A stretch of DNA of 64,000 bases from Chthonomonas sp. Its GTDB lineage: Bacteria > Armatimonadota > Fimbriimonadia > Fimbriimonadales > Fimbriimonadaceae. The notes beneath the pieces were generated by a model that saw only the letters and a program-made list of their open reading frames with translations, searched no databases and was not told the origin of the DNA. Of the stretch, positions 48,180 to 57,802 are shown piece by piece; the first letter of the stretch is position 1; each line of letters starts with the position of its first letter. The stretch spans positions 42,317 through 106,316 of the forward strand of contig JAYUVF010000002.1 in the NCBI GenBank assembly GCA_043754215.1, written 5' to 3'. The translations under genes and the position numbers were made by a program.

Positions 48180-49481
48180 ATGAGCGTGCTTCGAATTCAA
48201 GGTGGCGTCCCGCTACGCGGCGAGGTGATGATTCCGGGAAGCAAAAATGCGGCTTTGGCAATCCTGTCTGCAGTGCTCTTGGCGAAAGGCCAAACGACGC
48301 TGCACAACGTGCCGCGAGTTCGCGATCTTGAAGTCAAGCTGCGCTTGCTGGAGAAGTTCGGAGTAGTGGTGAGCTGGGATCAGGATGCGTTGAACATTGA
48401 CGCCACTAACCTGACCGCATTCGAAGCGGACGAAGAAAGCGTCCGGCCCATTCGGACATCGTTCTATTTGTTGGGTTCGCTCTTGGCGCGCATGGGCAAG
48501 GCACGACTCCCGGCTCCTGGCGGCTGCAAAATTGGTGCGCGACCGGTTGATTTTCATCTCAAAGGGCTTGCCCTTATGGGAGCAACCGTCGAACTGGATG
48601 GCGGTAAGTACATCGCTGACGCCCCTCGCCTCCATGGAGCCACGATTTACCTTGATTTCCCCAGCGCAGGTGCCACGCAGCACCTGATGGCGACGGCGAC
48701 GCTTGCCGAGGGCATTACCGTGATCGAGAACGCGGCGATCGAGCCGGAAGTCACCACGCTTGCCGCGTTTCTGAAGCGGATGGGCGCCCGCATCGATGGC
48801 GATGGCACCAGTAAGATCACCATTGAGGGGGTTTCCGAACTCAAGGGTTGTACTTTTCGCGTGCCAGAGGATCGGATCCAAGCCGCGACTTACCTGATGA
48901 TGGGAGCTCTCCCAGGCGGCGATGTGAAGGTCACCGGCGTCATGCCGGAATACCAAACCGCGCTCATCAACAAGCTTAAGGAAGCGAATGTCGAGTGTGA
49001 AGAGGGCAACGATTGGGTTCGAGTTTCCGCTCCCGAACGACCCAAGGGGATCCGCGTCAAGACAATGCCTTATCCTGGGTTTCCGACTGACATTCAGCAA
49101 CCGATGGCGTCCGTTTTAGCGTTGGCAGATGGCCCAAGCGTGATAGAAGAAACCATCTATGAATCCCGTTTTGGCCACGTGAGTGAGCTCAACCGAATGG
49201 GCGCGAGCATGCGGATCGAGGGCCGATCCACTCTCATTGATGGAGTCACGGGACTCAGCGGAGCGATCGTCGAAGCGAGCGACTTGCGGGCAGGAGCTGC
49301 GTTGGTATTAGCGGGCCTTGCGGCCGAAGGCGAGACGATCGTGAAGAACGTTTACTGGATTGATCGTGGATACGAAGGATTAGAGGAAAGAATCACGCAA
49401 TTGGGCGGTACCATTGAACGCATCCCTTTTGATGAGTGGGAAGCGAGCCAAACCGCTTCCTCAGAGACACGACTGCGTTGA
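48180..49481 (+). CDS. murA: UDP-N-acetylglucosamine 1-carboxyvinyltransferase
   Basis: MSVLRIQGGVPLRGEVMIPGSKNAALAILSAVLLA, 433 aa from ATG 48180. Confidence 0.9.
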   Translation: MSVLRIQGGVPLRGEVMIPGSKNAALAILSAVLLAKGQTTLHNVPRVRDLEVKLRLLEKFGVVVSWDQDALNIDATNLTAFEADEESVRPIRTSFYLLGSLLARMGKARLPAPGGCKIGARPVDFHLKGLALMGATVELDGGKYIADAPRLHGATIYLDFPSAGATQHLMATATLAEGITVIENAAIEPEVTTLAAFLKRMGARIDGDGTSKITIEGVSELKGCTFRVPEDRIQAATYLMMGALPGGDVKVTGVMPEYQTALINKLKEANVECEEGNDWVRVSAPERPKGIRVKTMPYPGFPTDIQQPMASVLALADGPSVIEETIYESRFGHVSELNRMGASMRIEGRSTLIDGVTGLSGAIVEASDLRAGAALVLAGLAAEGETIVKNVYWIDRGYEGLEERITQLGGTIERIPFDEWEASQTASSETRLR

Positions 49482-50491
49482 GACTCGTTCCAGAAATCGG
49501 CATTGACCTAGGCACCGCGAATTTGCTCGTATACCGGCGGGGCAAAGGCATCGTTCTAATCGAACCTACGGTCGTCGCTATCAGCGTCAACAACGGCAAG
49601 GTACTCGCCGTCGGAAACGAAGCCCGCGACATGCTTGGTCGGACTCCGGGGAACATCAAAGCCATTCGCCCGATGAAGGATGGCGTCATCGCCGACTACC
49701 GCACCACGGTGAAGATGTTCGAGTATTTGCTTGACAAGACCTGTGGAACACGAAGAATTTTCAAGCCGGTCGTTTTGGTTTGTGTGCCGAGCGGGGTCAC
49801 CAACGTGGAGCGTCGAGCGGCGATTCAGGCGGCTAAAGCTGCCGGGGCGGGCCAAGCTATGACCATCGAAGAGCCGATGGCGGCGGCGATTGGGGCTGGA
49901 CTTCCGATCAGCTCACCGGGCGGCAACATGGTGATCGATATCGGCGGAGGAACGACCGATATCGCGGTGATTTCGTTAGGCGGAATCGTCATTAGCCAAA
50001 GCATCCGAGTAGGCGGGACAAAGCTCGACGAAGCGATTATCCGTCACGTTCGCAACACCTACAATTTGCAGATTGGCGAGCCCACCGCCGAGGAGATTAA
50101 GATTAAAATCGGTTCGGCTTTTCCGCTTGAGCAGGAACTGCGGTTAGAAATCCGCGGGCGAGACATGGTGGCGGGTTTGCCCAAGACGGTTGAGATCAGC
50201 AGCGAAGAGATTCGGGATGCGCTCAGCGATCCGGTGCGTGAGATCGCCGAGAAGCTTTGTACGGTGCTGGAGGAGACTCCGCCTGAGCTTAGCGCGGACA
50301 TCATCGAGCGGGGAATCACCCTTACGGGCGGCGGTGCTCTGTTGAAGGGCCTGGACCGCTTGCTGCAAAGCGTGACGGATATTCCGGTTCACGTCGCGGA
50401 CAATGCGATGAATTGTGTGGCGATTGGGACCGGTCGCGCGTTAGAACACTTGGATGATATTCGTGCAAGCGGGGCAGTGAGCGATATATGA
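49478..50491 (+). CDS. mreB: Rod-shape-determining protein MreB
   Basis: IGIDLGTANLLVY..., DGVIADY, IDIGGGTTDIAV. The start is taken as TTG 49478, which overlaps the murA stop (TTGA). An upstream ATG at 49436 is also in frame. Confidence 0.88.
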   Translation: MRLVPEIGIDLGTANLLVYRRGKGIVLIEPTVVAISVNNGKVLAVGNEARDMLGRTPGNIKAIRPMKDGVIADYRTTVKMFEYLLDKTCGTRRIFKPVVLVCVPSGVTNVERRAAIQAAKAAGAGQAMTIEEPMAAAIGAGLPISSPGGNMVIDIGGGTTDIAVISLGGIVISQSIRVGGTKLDEAIIRHVRNTYNLQIGEPTAEEIKIKIGSAFPLEQELRLEIRGRDMVAGLPKTVEISSEEIRDALSDPVREIAEKLCTVLEETPPELSADIIERGITLTGGGALLKGLDRLLQSVTDIPVHVADNAMNCVAIGTGRALEHLDDIRASGAVSDI

Positions 50492-50994
50492 GGAGGTCTT
50501 CAAGTTTAATCTTAGGGGTTTTGGCTTTGGTCGCGATTGCGGGTGCTCAAGAGGCCCCGGTCACGATCAACGAAGCTGACCTAAGCTTTAAAAAGGCTTA
50601 CGGCCACCTCCAACAAGTGCTGTCTGCGCCAGCGGCGAAATTTACGGTCAGCTCCTCCAAGGAGATTTTTACGCGTGACCAGTTCATTTCTCGGCTCGCG
50701 GCGATGTACGAGTATGTGAAGCCCAAGATTCAGCCTCGGTTCAAGCCCGTGGCGGTGGACGTCAAGAAGATGGCGCCGGGGTTAACTCGGGAGCGGCAGA
50801 AGCAACTCACGACCTTGATCAGCTTTGGCCTGGTGGCAAAAGACTCCTATCTGTACACGGGTACCAAAACCCGGTATTCCCCCCGCGAGTTTGGCAAGAT
50901 ACTTGGTAGCTTCCTGACTCGTGCGCTGGACCTGACACATGCACTAGACCCCAAGTACAGCCCCGAACGAATGGGGACTCGCAAGCGGTCTTAG
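50488..50994 (+). CDS. Hypothetical exported protein coupled to mreB (not MreC-like)
   Basis: ATGA overlap with the mreB stop and a signal peptide. 168 aa, basic, with no MreC or MreD features. Confidence 0.55.
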   Translation: MRRSSSLILGVLALVAIAGAQEAPVTINEADLSFKKAYGHLQQVLSAPAAKFTVSSSKEIFTRDQFISRLAAMYEYVKPKIQPRFKPVAVDVKKMAPGLTRERQKQLTTLISFGLVAKDSYLYTGTKTRYSPREFGKILGSFLTRALDLTHALDPKYSPERMGTRKRS

Positions 50995-51049
50995 GCATAC
51001 ACTTTCAGCCAAAGTGCTGTATAAAGTAGGTTCCGGACTCTATAAGATC

Positions 51050-53773
51050 ATGTGCTCGCGCAAATATTTTCAGGGGATCGCCGTGCTGGCGGGACTCGTC
51101 GCTTCTTCAATTTCTTTGGCTCAAGATTGGACTCGCCCGTTCGTTACTGAGCCGACGCCCGCAGAGGCGAATCCCATTCTCCGTTGGATCAGTTCTTACG
51201 AAACGGCCCGCGTGGACTACACTGAACTAAGATCGTTGCTGGCCGATGCGCCAAAGGAAATCCTTGGATTGGCCGATCAAGCAGGCGTGGAGATGCTCTT
51301 GCCTCTTCCGGACGGACGGCTGATTCGGTTCAACGTTTGGGAGAACAATGTGCTTGGACCACAGGTTCAACGCCAGATTCCTGACTTCAAACTGTACTCC
51401 GGTCAGGGCATTGACGATCCCACCTACTCGGTTCGATTTGAAGTGGGCTACGGTCGCCTTAGCGCGATGATTTCGACCCCGGAGGGCGCCTATTTCATTG
51501 AGCCCATGCGGCGAAAACCTGACGGCACCTACTTCCTTTACGCTCGTCGAGATTCACTGCGTGGGCCGGGTTGGACTTGCCGCGTCGTGGATGAGAAAGG
51601 CAACGACATCGTGGACACGCCGGGCTTCCTCAAGCCCGCTCCAGAAGAAGTTGAACCGGATTTGCGTATCACGGGAACAAACCTTTGGACGTTCCGAACC
51701 GCCGTGAATGCAACGGCTGAATACGTAACGTTCTGGGGCGGAAACACCGTCACGGCCACTTCTCAAATTGGAACTTCGGTCAACCGTGTAGACGGGGTCT
51801 ACCGGAAGGAAGCAGCGATCCGCCTTAATCTGACTTGGACCCAAGTTTTTACCAACGCCGCTACGGATCCCTATGACAACAACAATGGCGGAACCATGCT
51901 TGGGCAAAATCAGGCACGGATGGATGCGGCGGGAACGCCAGGTAGTGCCAACTACGACCTAGGGCACGTTTTCAGCACCGGGGGCGGTGGCATCGCTGGC
52001 CTTGGAGTCGTAGGCATTACTGGGCAGAAGGCTAGGGGCGTAACTGGAAGCGGATCACCAACTGGCGACACGTTTGACATTGACTACGTTGCCCACGAAA
52101 TGGGTCATCAATTTGCCGGAAACCACAGTTTCAACGGTATCACCGGGTCGTGCGCTGGGAATCGAAACGCCGCTACGGCCTGGGAACCGGGTAGCGGATC
52201 GACCATCATGAGCTATGCAGGGATCTGCGGCTCTGAGGATGTACAACCTAACTCGCACGACTATTTGCATATTGGCAGCATCCAAGAGTTCTTGACTGTC
52301 CGCACTGCCGCCCGTGGCGGCGTTGCGACGGCCAGCGGAAACGGTGTGCCCACGGTTAACGCAGGTCTGGATTACGCAATCCCAATTTCCACCCCCTTTA
52401 AACTCACGATGACGGCGACTGACCCGAATGGTCATGCGTTAACTCACCAGTGGGATCAGCAGAATGTCGGCACCTCTGGGGCGACCACGCTGACCACAAC
52501 CAACACCAGCCGGCCGCTTTTCCGCTCCTTCCTTCCCACGGTAAGCCCAACCCGGTTTTTCCCAAGCCAAGCCTTGGCGCTCGCCAACAACTTCACCAAT
52601 CAGTTTGAGTTCTTGCCGAATGTCGCCCGCACCATGCGGATGCGAGCCGTTGCGCGAGATAACCAGACTGCGGGTGGTGGCGTGAACGTGGATGATATGA
52701 CAATCACCGTTAGCGGGACCACCCCGTTTGCGGTGACGGCTCCGAACACGGCCGTGTCTTGGAATCGAAATCGGTTCTTTAACGTAACGTGGGATCCGGC
52801 CGGTACGACCGGAACTGCCTTTGCGGTGAGCACGGTGAAAATCTGGCTCAGTACCAACGGTGGTGCCAGCTTCTACTCCGGAACCGCGACTCAGCTCACA
52901 GCGAGCACCGCGAATGACGGGGCGGAACTGATCTCGATGCCACTTTCGACGGCGGCGAGTTCCACGGCACGGATCATCATCGAAGCGAATAACAACATTT
53001 TCTTCGATCATTCGAACGTGAACTTCTCGATCGCAACCGCGAACACCTTGCCGACTGGGCCAGTGATTTCAAATCAGACGATTACGGAGCAGAGTCTATG
53101 GACCCTCAGTGCCGCCGGATCTGACGCAGACGACGCACAGACCATCACCTACAGCCTGGTTTCACCGCCTACGGGAATGACCATCAACAGCACGACCGGT
53201 TTGATCTCGTGGACTCCTGACGAGGCTCAGGGCCCCGGAACCTACCCGGTCACCGCTCGGATCACGGATAACAACTTTGGCACCCCGGGCGTGTTCAACC
53301 GTACGTTCAACGTTACGGTTAATGAAGATGCTCCCAGGACTGTGGCCGGGACCGTGAACTTCCTTGAGTGGATTCCCAGTGAAGTTGGAGCGGGCGTGAC
53401 CGTTCGGATTCAGGCTTTGGCCGGCGGTACTATTTTGCAGACCGACACTCCGAACCTGGGTGCGGGTAACGCCTTCGCGGTCACGACTGCTTTGCCAGAC
53501 GCCACCTATAACGTTCTGGTTTCCAAGCCGTTCTTCCTGACAAGGAAGATCCCCAACGTGGTGGTCAACTCTGTTGGTGGTGTGGCAGGCAACTTTGATC
53601 TGATTCCCGGTGATGTGGACAACTCCAACGAGATCGATGCTGCAGATATCGACCTAGTTATTGCCGCTTTCGGCGGCAGCGCTGTCGGTGCGGACGTAGA
53701 TGGAAGTGGCGAGGTAGATGCCGCGGATATCGACATCGTAATCTCGTACTTTGGCTCAACGGGTGACATCTAA
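51050..53773 (+). CDS. Secreted zinc metalloprotease (HExxHxxxxxH, reprolysin/metzincin-like) with Ig-like domain and twin dockerin cassette
   Basis: HEMGHQFAGNH motif, a putative-Ig segment ITYSLVSPPTGMTINSTTGLISWTP, and the ending GDVDNSNEIDAADIDLVIAAFGG...DVDGSGEVDAADIDIVISYFGSTGDI. Confidence 0.8.
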   Translation: MCSRKYFQGIAVLAGLVASSISLAQDWTRPFVTEPTPAEANPILRWISSYETARVDYTELRSLLADAPKEILGLADQAGVEMLLPLPDGRLIRFNVWENNVLGPQVQRQIPDFKLYSGQGIDDPTYSVRFEVGYGRLSAMISTPEGAYFIEPMRRKPDGTYFLYARRDSLRGPGWTCRVVDEKGNDIVDTPGFLKPAPEEVEPDLRITGTNLWTFRTAVNATAEYVTFWGGNTVTATSQIGTSVNRVDGVYRKEAAIRLNLTWTQVFTNAATDPYDNNNGGTMLGQNQARMDAAGTPGSANYDLGHVFSTGGGGIAGLGVVGITGQKARGVTGSGSPTGDTFDIDYVAHEMGHQFAGNHSFNGITGSCAGNRNAATAWEPGSGSTIMSYAGICGSEDVQPNSHDYLHIGSIQEFLTVRTAARGGVATASGNGVPTVNAGLDYAIPISTPFKLTMTATDPNGHALTHQWDQQNVGTSGATTLTTTNTSRPLFRSFLPTVSPTRFFPSQALALANNFTNQFEFLPNVARTMRMRAVARDNQTAGGGVNVDDMTITVSGTTPFAVTAPNTAVSWNRNRFFNVTWDPAGTTGTAFAVSTVKIWLSTNGGASFYSGTATQLTASTANDGAELISMPLSTAASSTARIIIEANNNIFFDHSNVNFSIATANTLPTGPVISNQTITEQSLWTLSAAGSDADDAQTITYSLVSPPTGMTINSTTGLISWTPDEAQGPGTYPVTARITDNNFGTPGVFNRTFNVTVNEDAPRTVAGTVNFLEWIPSEVGAGVTVRIQALAGGTILQTDTPNLGAGNAFAVTTALPDATYNVLVSKPFFLTRKIPNVVVNSVGGVAGNFDLIPGDVDNSNEIDAADIDLVIAAFGGSAVGADVDGSGEVDAADIDIVISYFGSTGDI

Positions 53774-53810
53774 AGTCACCCGGTGGGTCGGACCCCCTTC
53801 GGTATTCAGA

Positions 53811-56492
53811 ATGAACAAAGCTCTTTTGGTGAGTCTCGCCGTCGTGTGCCTGGGTGCAGTTGCCCCAGCTCAAAATTGGTCAGCGCAGTGGATGCCCGAC
53901 CCGGTGGAGGGATTAGGGAATCCCGTCTTGCGTTGGGTTCGGGATTTTGACTCCTTCGTCGTTCAACCGGGCCACATTGAAGAGGCTTTTCAATCCGCCC
54001 CTCGCGAGAGATTTGCGGGTGACAACCCGACCGGCGTCATCGTCACCCTTCCGGTTCGAGGGGGAAGAACGGAGAGATTCCGTGTATGGGAAAACACCTT
54101 GCTTGGTGACCAAGTTCAGAATCAAATTCCGTGGTTTCGAACTTTCTCTGGGCAGGGAATTGATAGCCCCGCCTCGATCCTTCGTGCCGAAGTTGGGAAT
54201 GGGCGCCTGACGGCGATGGTCCTTGATCACAAGGGCGCGATGTATATCGAGCCGCTGTTCAATGAAGGAAATCAAGCGTATTTCGTTTACCGCGATGTGG
54301 ATTCAATTGAGCGACCGGACTGGCGTTGCGACGCCAATGGCGCAAATCCGTTCCAGCAGTACTTCCCCGTCTCGGATCCCGAAACACCCGAGCGGGTGAG
54401 TGGTTCGCAGTTGTACACCTATCGCCTCGCCATCAATACGACGGTGGAATACACCGCCGCCCGAGGCGGGATCGCCAATGCGCCGGCGGCAGTGGCGACT
54501 AGCATCAACCGAGTGGACGGGATCTACCGCCGAGATCTCGCGATTGGCTTCAATCTGGTGTGGGTGAAGAATTGGGAAGTTGAACCAGATGGGCTCACCA
54601 ACAGTAGCAACAGCACCGCACTGGGCGAAAATCCGGTTGTTCTGAACAACGTCGCCACTGGCCCTGGAATCGCCGCCTACGATTTGGGCCACGTCTTCAC
54701 CACCGCGGGTGGGGGCGTTGCGTATCTGGCCAGCGTTGGTGGTGCCAACAAAGCGGGAGCGGCGAGCGGTCTGAGCAACCCGGTAGGAGATGCGTTTGAC
54801 CTCATCGTGTCTCATGAGATCGGGCATCAATTCGACGGCTATCATGCCTTCAACGCCCTCGGCGGAAACTGCGCGTCCAACCGAATGTGGCAAGGCTCAT
54901 TCGAGCCAGGATCCGGCGCCAGCATCATGAGCTATGCCGGTCGATGTACGGGCGAAAACACCGAGTCCGACATGCGTGCTTACTTCAATGCAGGCACGAT
55001 CAGCCGCATGCTGAATTTCCGCAACGCGATCTCAACCGTTGCGGTGATTAGCAACGTGGTAAACAACTTGCCCACGTTCACCGTGGGTCCCAATCGGACG
55101 ATTCCTCAGGGAACTCCCTTCAAACTTTCGGGAGTGGGCGCCGATGCTGATGGCGACGCTATGACCTTCATCTGGGAGCAGATTGACTTGCCTGCATCGT
55201 CGAGCACGGTTCATGCGGGGCCAATAACGTCCACGACCACCAACACCAGCCGGCCGCTGTTCAGATCGTTCTTGCCTAGTTCTACCGGCAACGTTCGGTT
55301 CTTCCCTTCCTCCAGCTTGGTGCTGGCGAATAACTACACGAACACCCACGAGTTCTTGCCCAACGTGAATCGAACGATGCGCATGCGGGGCACGGTTCGA
55401 GACAACCGGGCCAATGCAGGCGGCGTCCGCGAATCTGACGTTGTGCTGACGGTAAGCGGGGCGCCGTTCCAGATGACCTCGTTCGGAACCGCCGCGACGC
55501 TGAACACCAACCAGACGCACGAGGTGACATGGAACGTGGGAGGCGGGAGCGTCGCGCCAACCGTGAACATCTTGATGAGCACCAACTCCGGGACGAGTTA
55601 CTTCAACGGTACCGCTACGATGGTGGCGGCGGGAGTGCCCAACACGGGGACCGCAACGGTGACCCTGCCCGCGGTGACGAGTAGCACAGTGCGGTTCTTT
55701 ATCGAAGCGGTTGACAACGTGTTTTTCGATGTGAACAACGCCACCATGACGTTATCGACGGCGAACCGTCCGCCAGTCCTCACGAACCCAGGCACGGTCA
55801 CCATTGACGAAGAAGCCGCATGGAGTTTCAACCCGGTGTTCACGCATCCGGATAACCTCCAGACGTTGACATGGTCGCTCATCGGCACCGTGCCCCCAGG
55901 CTTGACCGTGAACAGCGCAACTGGGCAACTCAACTGGACCCCGACGGAGGCCCAAGGCGCTGGCACCTATCCGCTCTCATTACGAGCGACGGACAACGGC
56001 ACTGCGCCTTTGAGCTCCACGGTGAACTTCAGCGTGAATGTGAGCGAGGTGGCCAAGTTGGTCACCGGCACTGTGCAGCTTTCGGGCTACGTTGCCCCGC
56101 TTGCTGACCAGCCTGTGACGGTTCAAATGCTTCCTGCAGTGGGTTCGACGCCCATTGAGACACGTAACTTGACCCTGAACGCCAGCGGTGAGTTCTCGTA
56201 CGATTCGAGCGCGGCTCCGGCGAGCGTCCGTTTCTTTGTCACCAGGCCATTCACTTTGCGCAAGCGAGTTGGCCCGGTTGCCCTTAGTGGAACTGGCGCG
56301 GCGCTTGGCAGCTTTGCGCTGGTCATCGGCGACGTGGACGGTTCGAACGAAATCGATGGGGCGGACATTGATCTAGTGATCGCGGGCTTTGGCGGCAGTG
56401 CCGCCAGTGCGGACGTGGACGGAAGCGGGGAAGTGGACGCGGCCGACATCGATCTGGTCATCGCTAACTTCGGGAGTGTGGGGGACAACTAA
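53811..56492 (+). CDS. Secreted zinc metalloprotease, tandem paralog of the upstream gene, with twin dockerin cassette
   Basis: HEIGHQFDGYH motif with the same domain order, colinear with 51050-53773 throughout. The start is set at the MNKALLVSLAVVCLGA signal peptide. Confidence 0.8.
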   Translation: MNKALLVSLAVVCLGAVAPAQNWSAQWMPDPVEGLGNPVLRWVRDFDSFVVQPGHIEEAFQSAPRERFAGDNPTGVIVTLPVRGGRTERFRVWENTLLGDQVQNQIPWFRTFSGQGIDSPASILRAEVGNGRLTAMVLDHKGAMYIEPLFNEGNQAYFVYRDVDSIERPDWRCDANGANPFQQYFPVSDPETPERVSGSQLYTYRLAINTTVEYTAARGGIANAPAAVATSINRVDGIYRRDLAIGFNLVWVKNWEVEPDGLTNSSNSTALGENPVVLNNVATGPGIAAYDLGHVFTTAGGGVAYLASVGGANKAGAASGLSNPVGDAFDLIVSHEIGHQFDGYHAFNALGGNCASNRMWQGSFEPGSGASIMSYAGRCTGENTESDMRAYFNAGTISRMLNFRNAISTVAVISNVVNNLPTFTVGPNRTIPQGTPFKLSGVGADADGDAMTFIWEQIDLPASSSTVHAGPITSTTTNTSRPLFRSFLPSSTGNVRFFPSSSLVLANNYTNTHEFLPNVNRTMRMRGTVRDNRANAGGVRESDVVLTVSGAPFQMTSFGTAATLNTNQTHEVTWNVGGGSVAPTVNILMSTNSGTSYFNGTATMVAAGVPNTGTATVTLPAVTSSTVRFFIEAVDNVFFDVNNATMTLSTANRPPVLTNPGTVTIDEEAAWSFNPVFTHPDNLQTLTWSLIGTVPPGLTVNSATGQLNWTPTEAQGAGTYPLSLRATDNGTAPLSSTVNFSVNVSEVAKLVTGTVQLSGYVAPLADQPVTVQMLPAVGSTPIETRNLTLNASGEFSYDSSAAPASVRFFVTRPFTLRKRVGPVALSGTGAALGSFALVIGDVDGSNEIDGADIDLVIAGFGGSAASADVDGSGEVDAADIDLVIANFGSVGDN

Positions 56493-57611
56493 ATGAAGCC
56501 TTGCTTGCTCGTCCTTTCGGTCCTTGTGGCCGCCGCCATGGCCCCCGCACAGGTTCTTCAGTCGGAGAACTTCGAAGCGGGATTTGCAACCGCTGACCTT
56601 GACGGGCAAAATGGCTGGCTAGCATTGCCCGGCGATGCGCTCCCCTTCGTGGAGCCAGGAATGGCGACCGTTTCTACGCTCCAGGCACGATCGGGCGCAC
56701 GGAGCGTGCGGTTGAATGCAGGTTTGCTTTTCGCTGGTGAGTCGCTGTTCGCGTTCAAGCCACTGGCGGCACCCGTCGCGTCTGGCACGAGCACTCTTGT
56801 CCTAAGTGAATTTTGGATGCGTTACGGCACGCCAGGTCCTGGGGCATTCTTTGGAGGTGCGAGTTACGATTCCGCCGGCGGCACGCTCGGTGGGCTCAAC
56901 ATCGACTCTCAAACTGGAACCACTTTTCCCACATGGTTAAGCGGAGCTTCGGGCGTGGCTACTCAATCCGCAAACTCCTGGATTCGGGTGTCGGCGGTGC
57001 ACAACATGGCCTCGAACCAGATGTTCGGGTACATCAACGGGCAAAGCGTGGCGGGCACCTCCGCAGCATTTACTTCACCCAACTTCAGCGATTTTGACTT
57101 TTTCGCTGATGGCTCGGGTAGCAACGACGCGTTCTTTGATGACGTCTTGGTTGAGCGTGTCCCTTTGGGCACGATCCGGGGCAAGGTAACCCTGAACGAT
57201 TTCGGGGTGTCTCCGGCCGGAATGCCAGTGCGGATTCGAGTGCTGGACTCGGTGACGAGCATTCCGCTACAAACCTTGAATACGACCCTCAACGCGGCAG
57301 GCGAATACACCGTCACCGCGGCTCCCAGGGGTAGCTACCGGCTGGAAGTGAAGCCGTGGCATTGGTGTTCAAAGTCGCTTTCTAACGTCAACATCACGGA
57401 CAGCGGCGTGTTCTTCCTAAGCACGGTGCACGCTAACGGTGACCCCGACCAAAGCAACGAAGTGGACGCCGCCGACATTGATTTGGTGATCGCCGCCTTT
57501 GGCAGCACGGGCTCGCCCACGAGCCTGATTGAGGACATTGACGGCTCTGGCGAAGTGGATGCCGCCGACATTGATGTGGTGATTGCGAACTTCGGATCGG
57601 TCGGCGACTAG
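56493..57611 (+). CDS. Secreted protein (jelly-roll/LamG-like N-domain?) with twin dockerin cassette
   Basis: The ATG directly follows the upstream TAA. It has a signal peptide and ends GDPDQSNEVDAADIDLVIAAFGS...DIDGSGEVDAADIDVVIANFGSVGD. Confidence 0.75.
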   Translation: MKPCLLVLSVLVAAAMAPAQVLQSENFEAGFATADLDGQNGWLALPGDALPFVEPGMATVSTLQARSGARSVRLNAGLLFAGESLFAFKPLAAPVASGTSTLVLSEFWMRYGTPGPGAFFGGASYDSAGGTLGGLNIDSQTGTTFPTWLSGASGVATQSANSWIRVSAVHNMASNQMFGYINGQSVAGTSAAFTSPNFSDFDFFADGSGSNDAFFDDVLVERVPLGTIRGKVTLNDFGVSPAGMPVRIRVLDSVTSIPLQTLNTTLNAAGEYTVTAAPRGSYRLEVKPWHWCSKSLSNVNITDSGVFFLSTVHANGDPDQSNEVDAADIDLVIAAFGSTGSPTSLIEDIDGSGEVDAADIDVVIANFGSVGD

Positions 57612-57802
57612 GCCTTGTCCGGTTCGGGCAGGTCTTCCGGCTGCACCATTTCGACCTTCTCCCCGTCCCAACTCGGTACGGGGTTTTTCATGACTTTGTG
57701 ACGGCCAAGGGCCTGGCGCACCGCCTCGCGCACGATCTCGTTGACGTGCTCAACGTTTTCAAAATCCAGCTTCGGATTCGGTTTTTTCACGCTTTCTTCC
57801 AT
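57608..57802 (-). CDS. Small protein partnered with the zeta-like ATPase (putative antitoxin/modulator)
   Basis: 64 aa from MEESVKK, with tail REAVRQALGRHKVMKNPVPSWDGEKVEMV. It overlaps the ATPase gene end by 16 nt. Confidence 0.5.
   Translation of the reverse strand: MEESVKKPNPKLDFENVEHVNEIVREAVRQALGRHKVMKNPVPSWDGEKVEMVQPEDLPEPDKA

Noticed and set aside
48213-49100. 295-aa minus-strand ORF inside murA
   Set aside because: It is antisense to a gene with unambiguous MurA motifs and has no features of its own.
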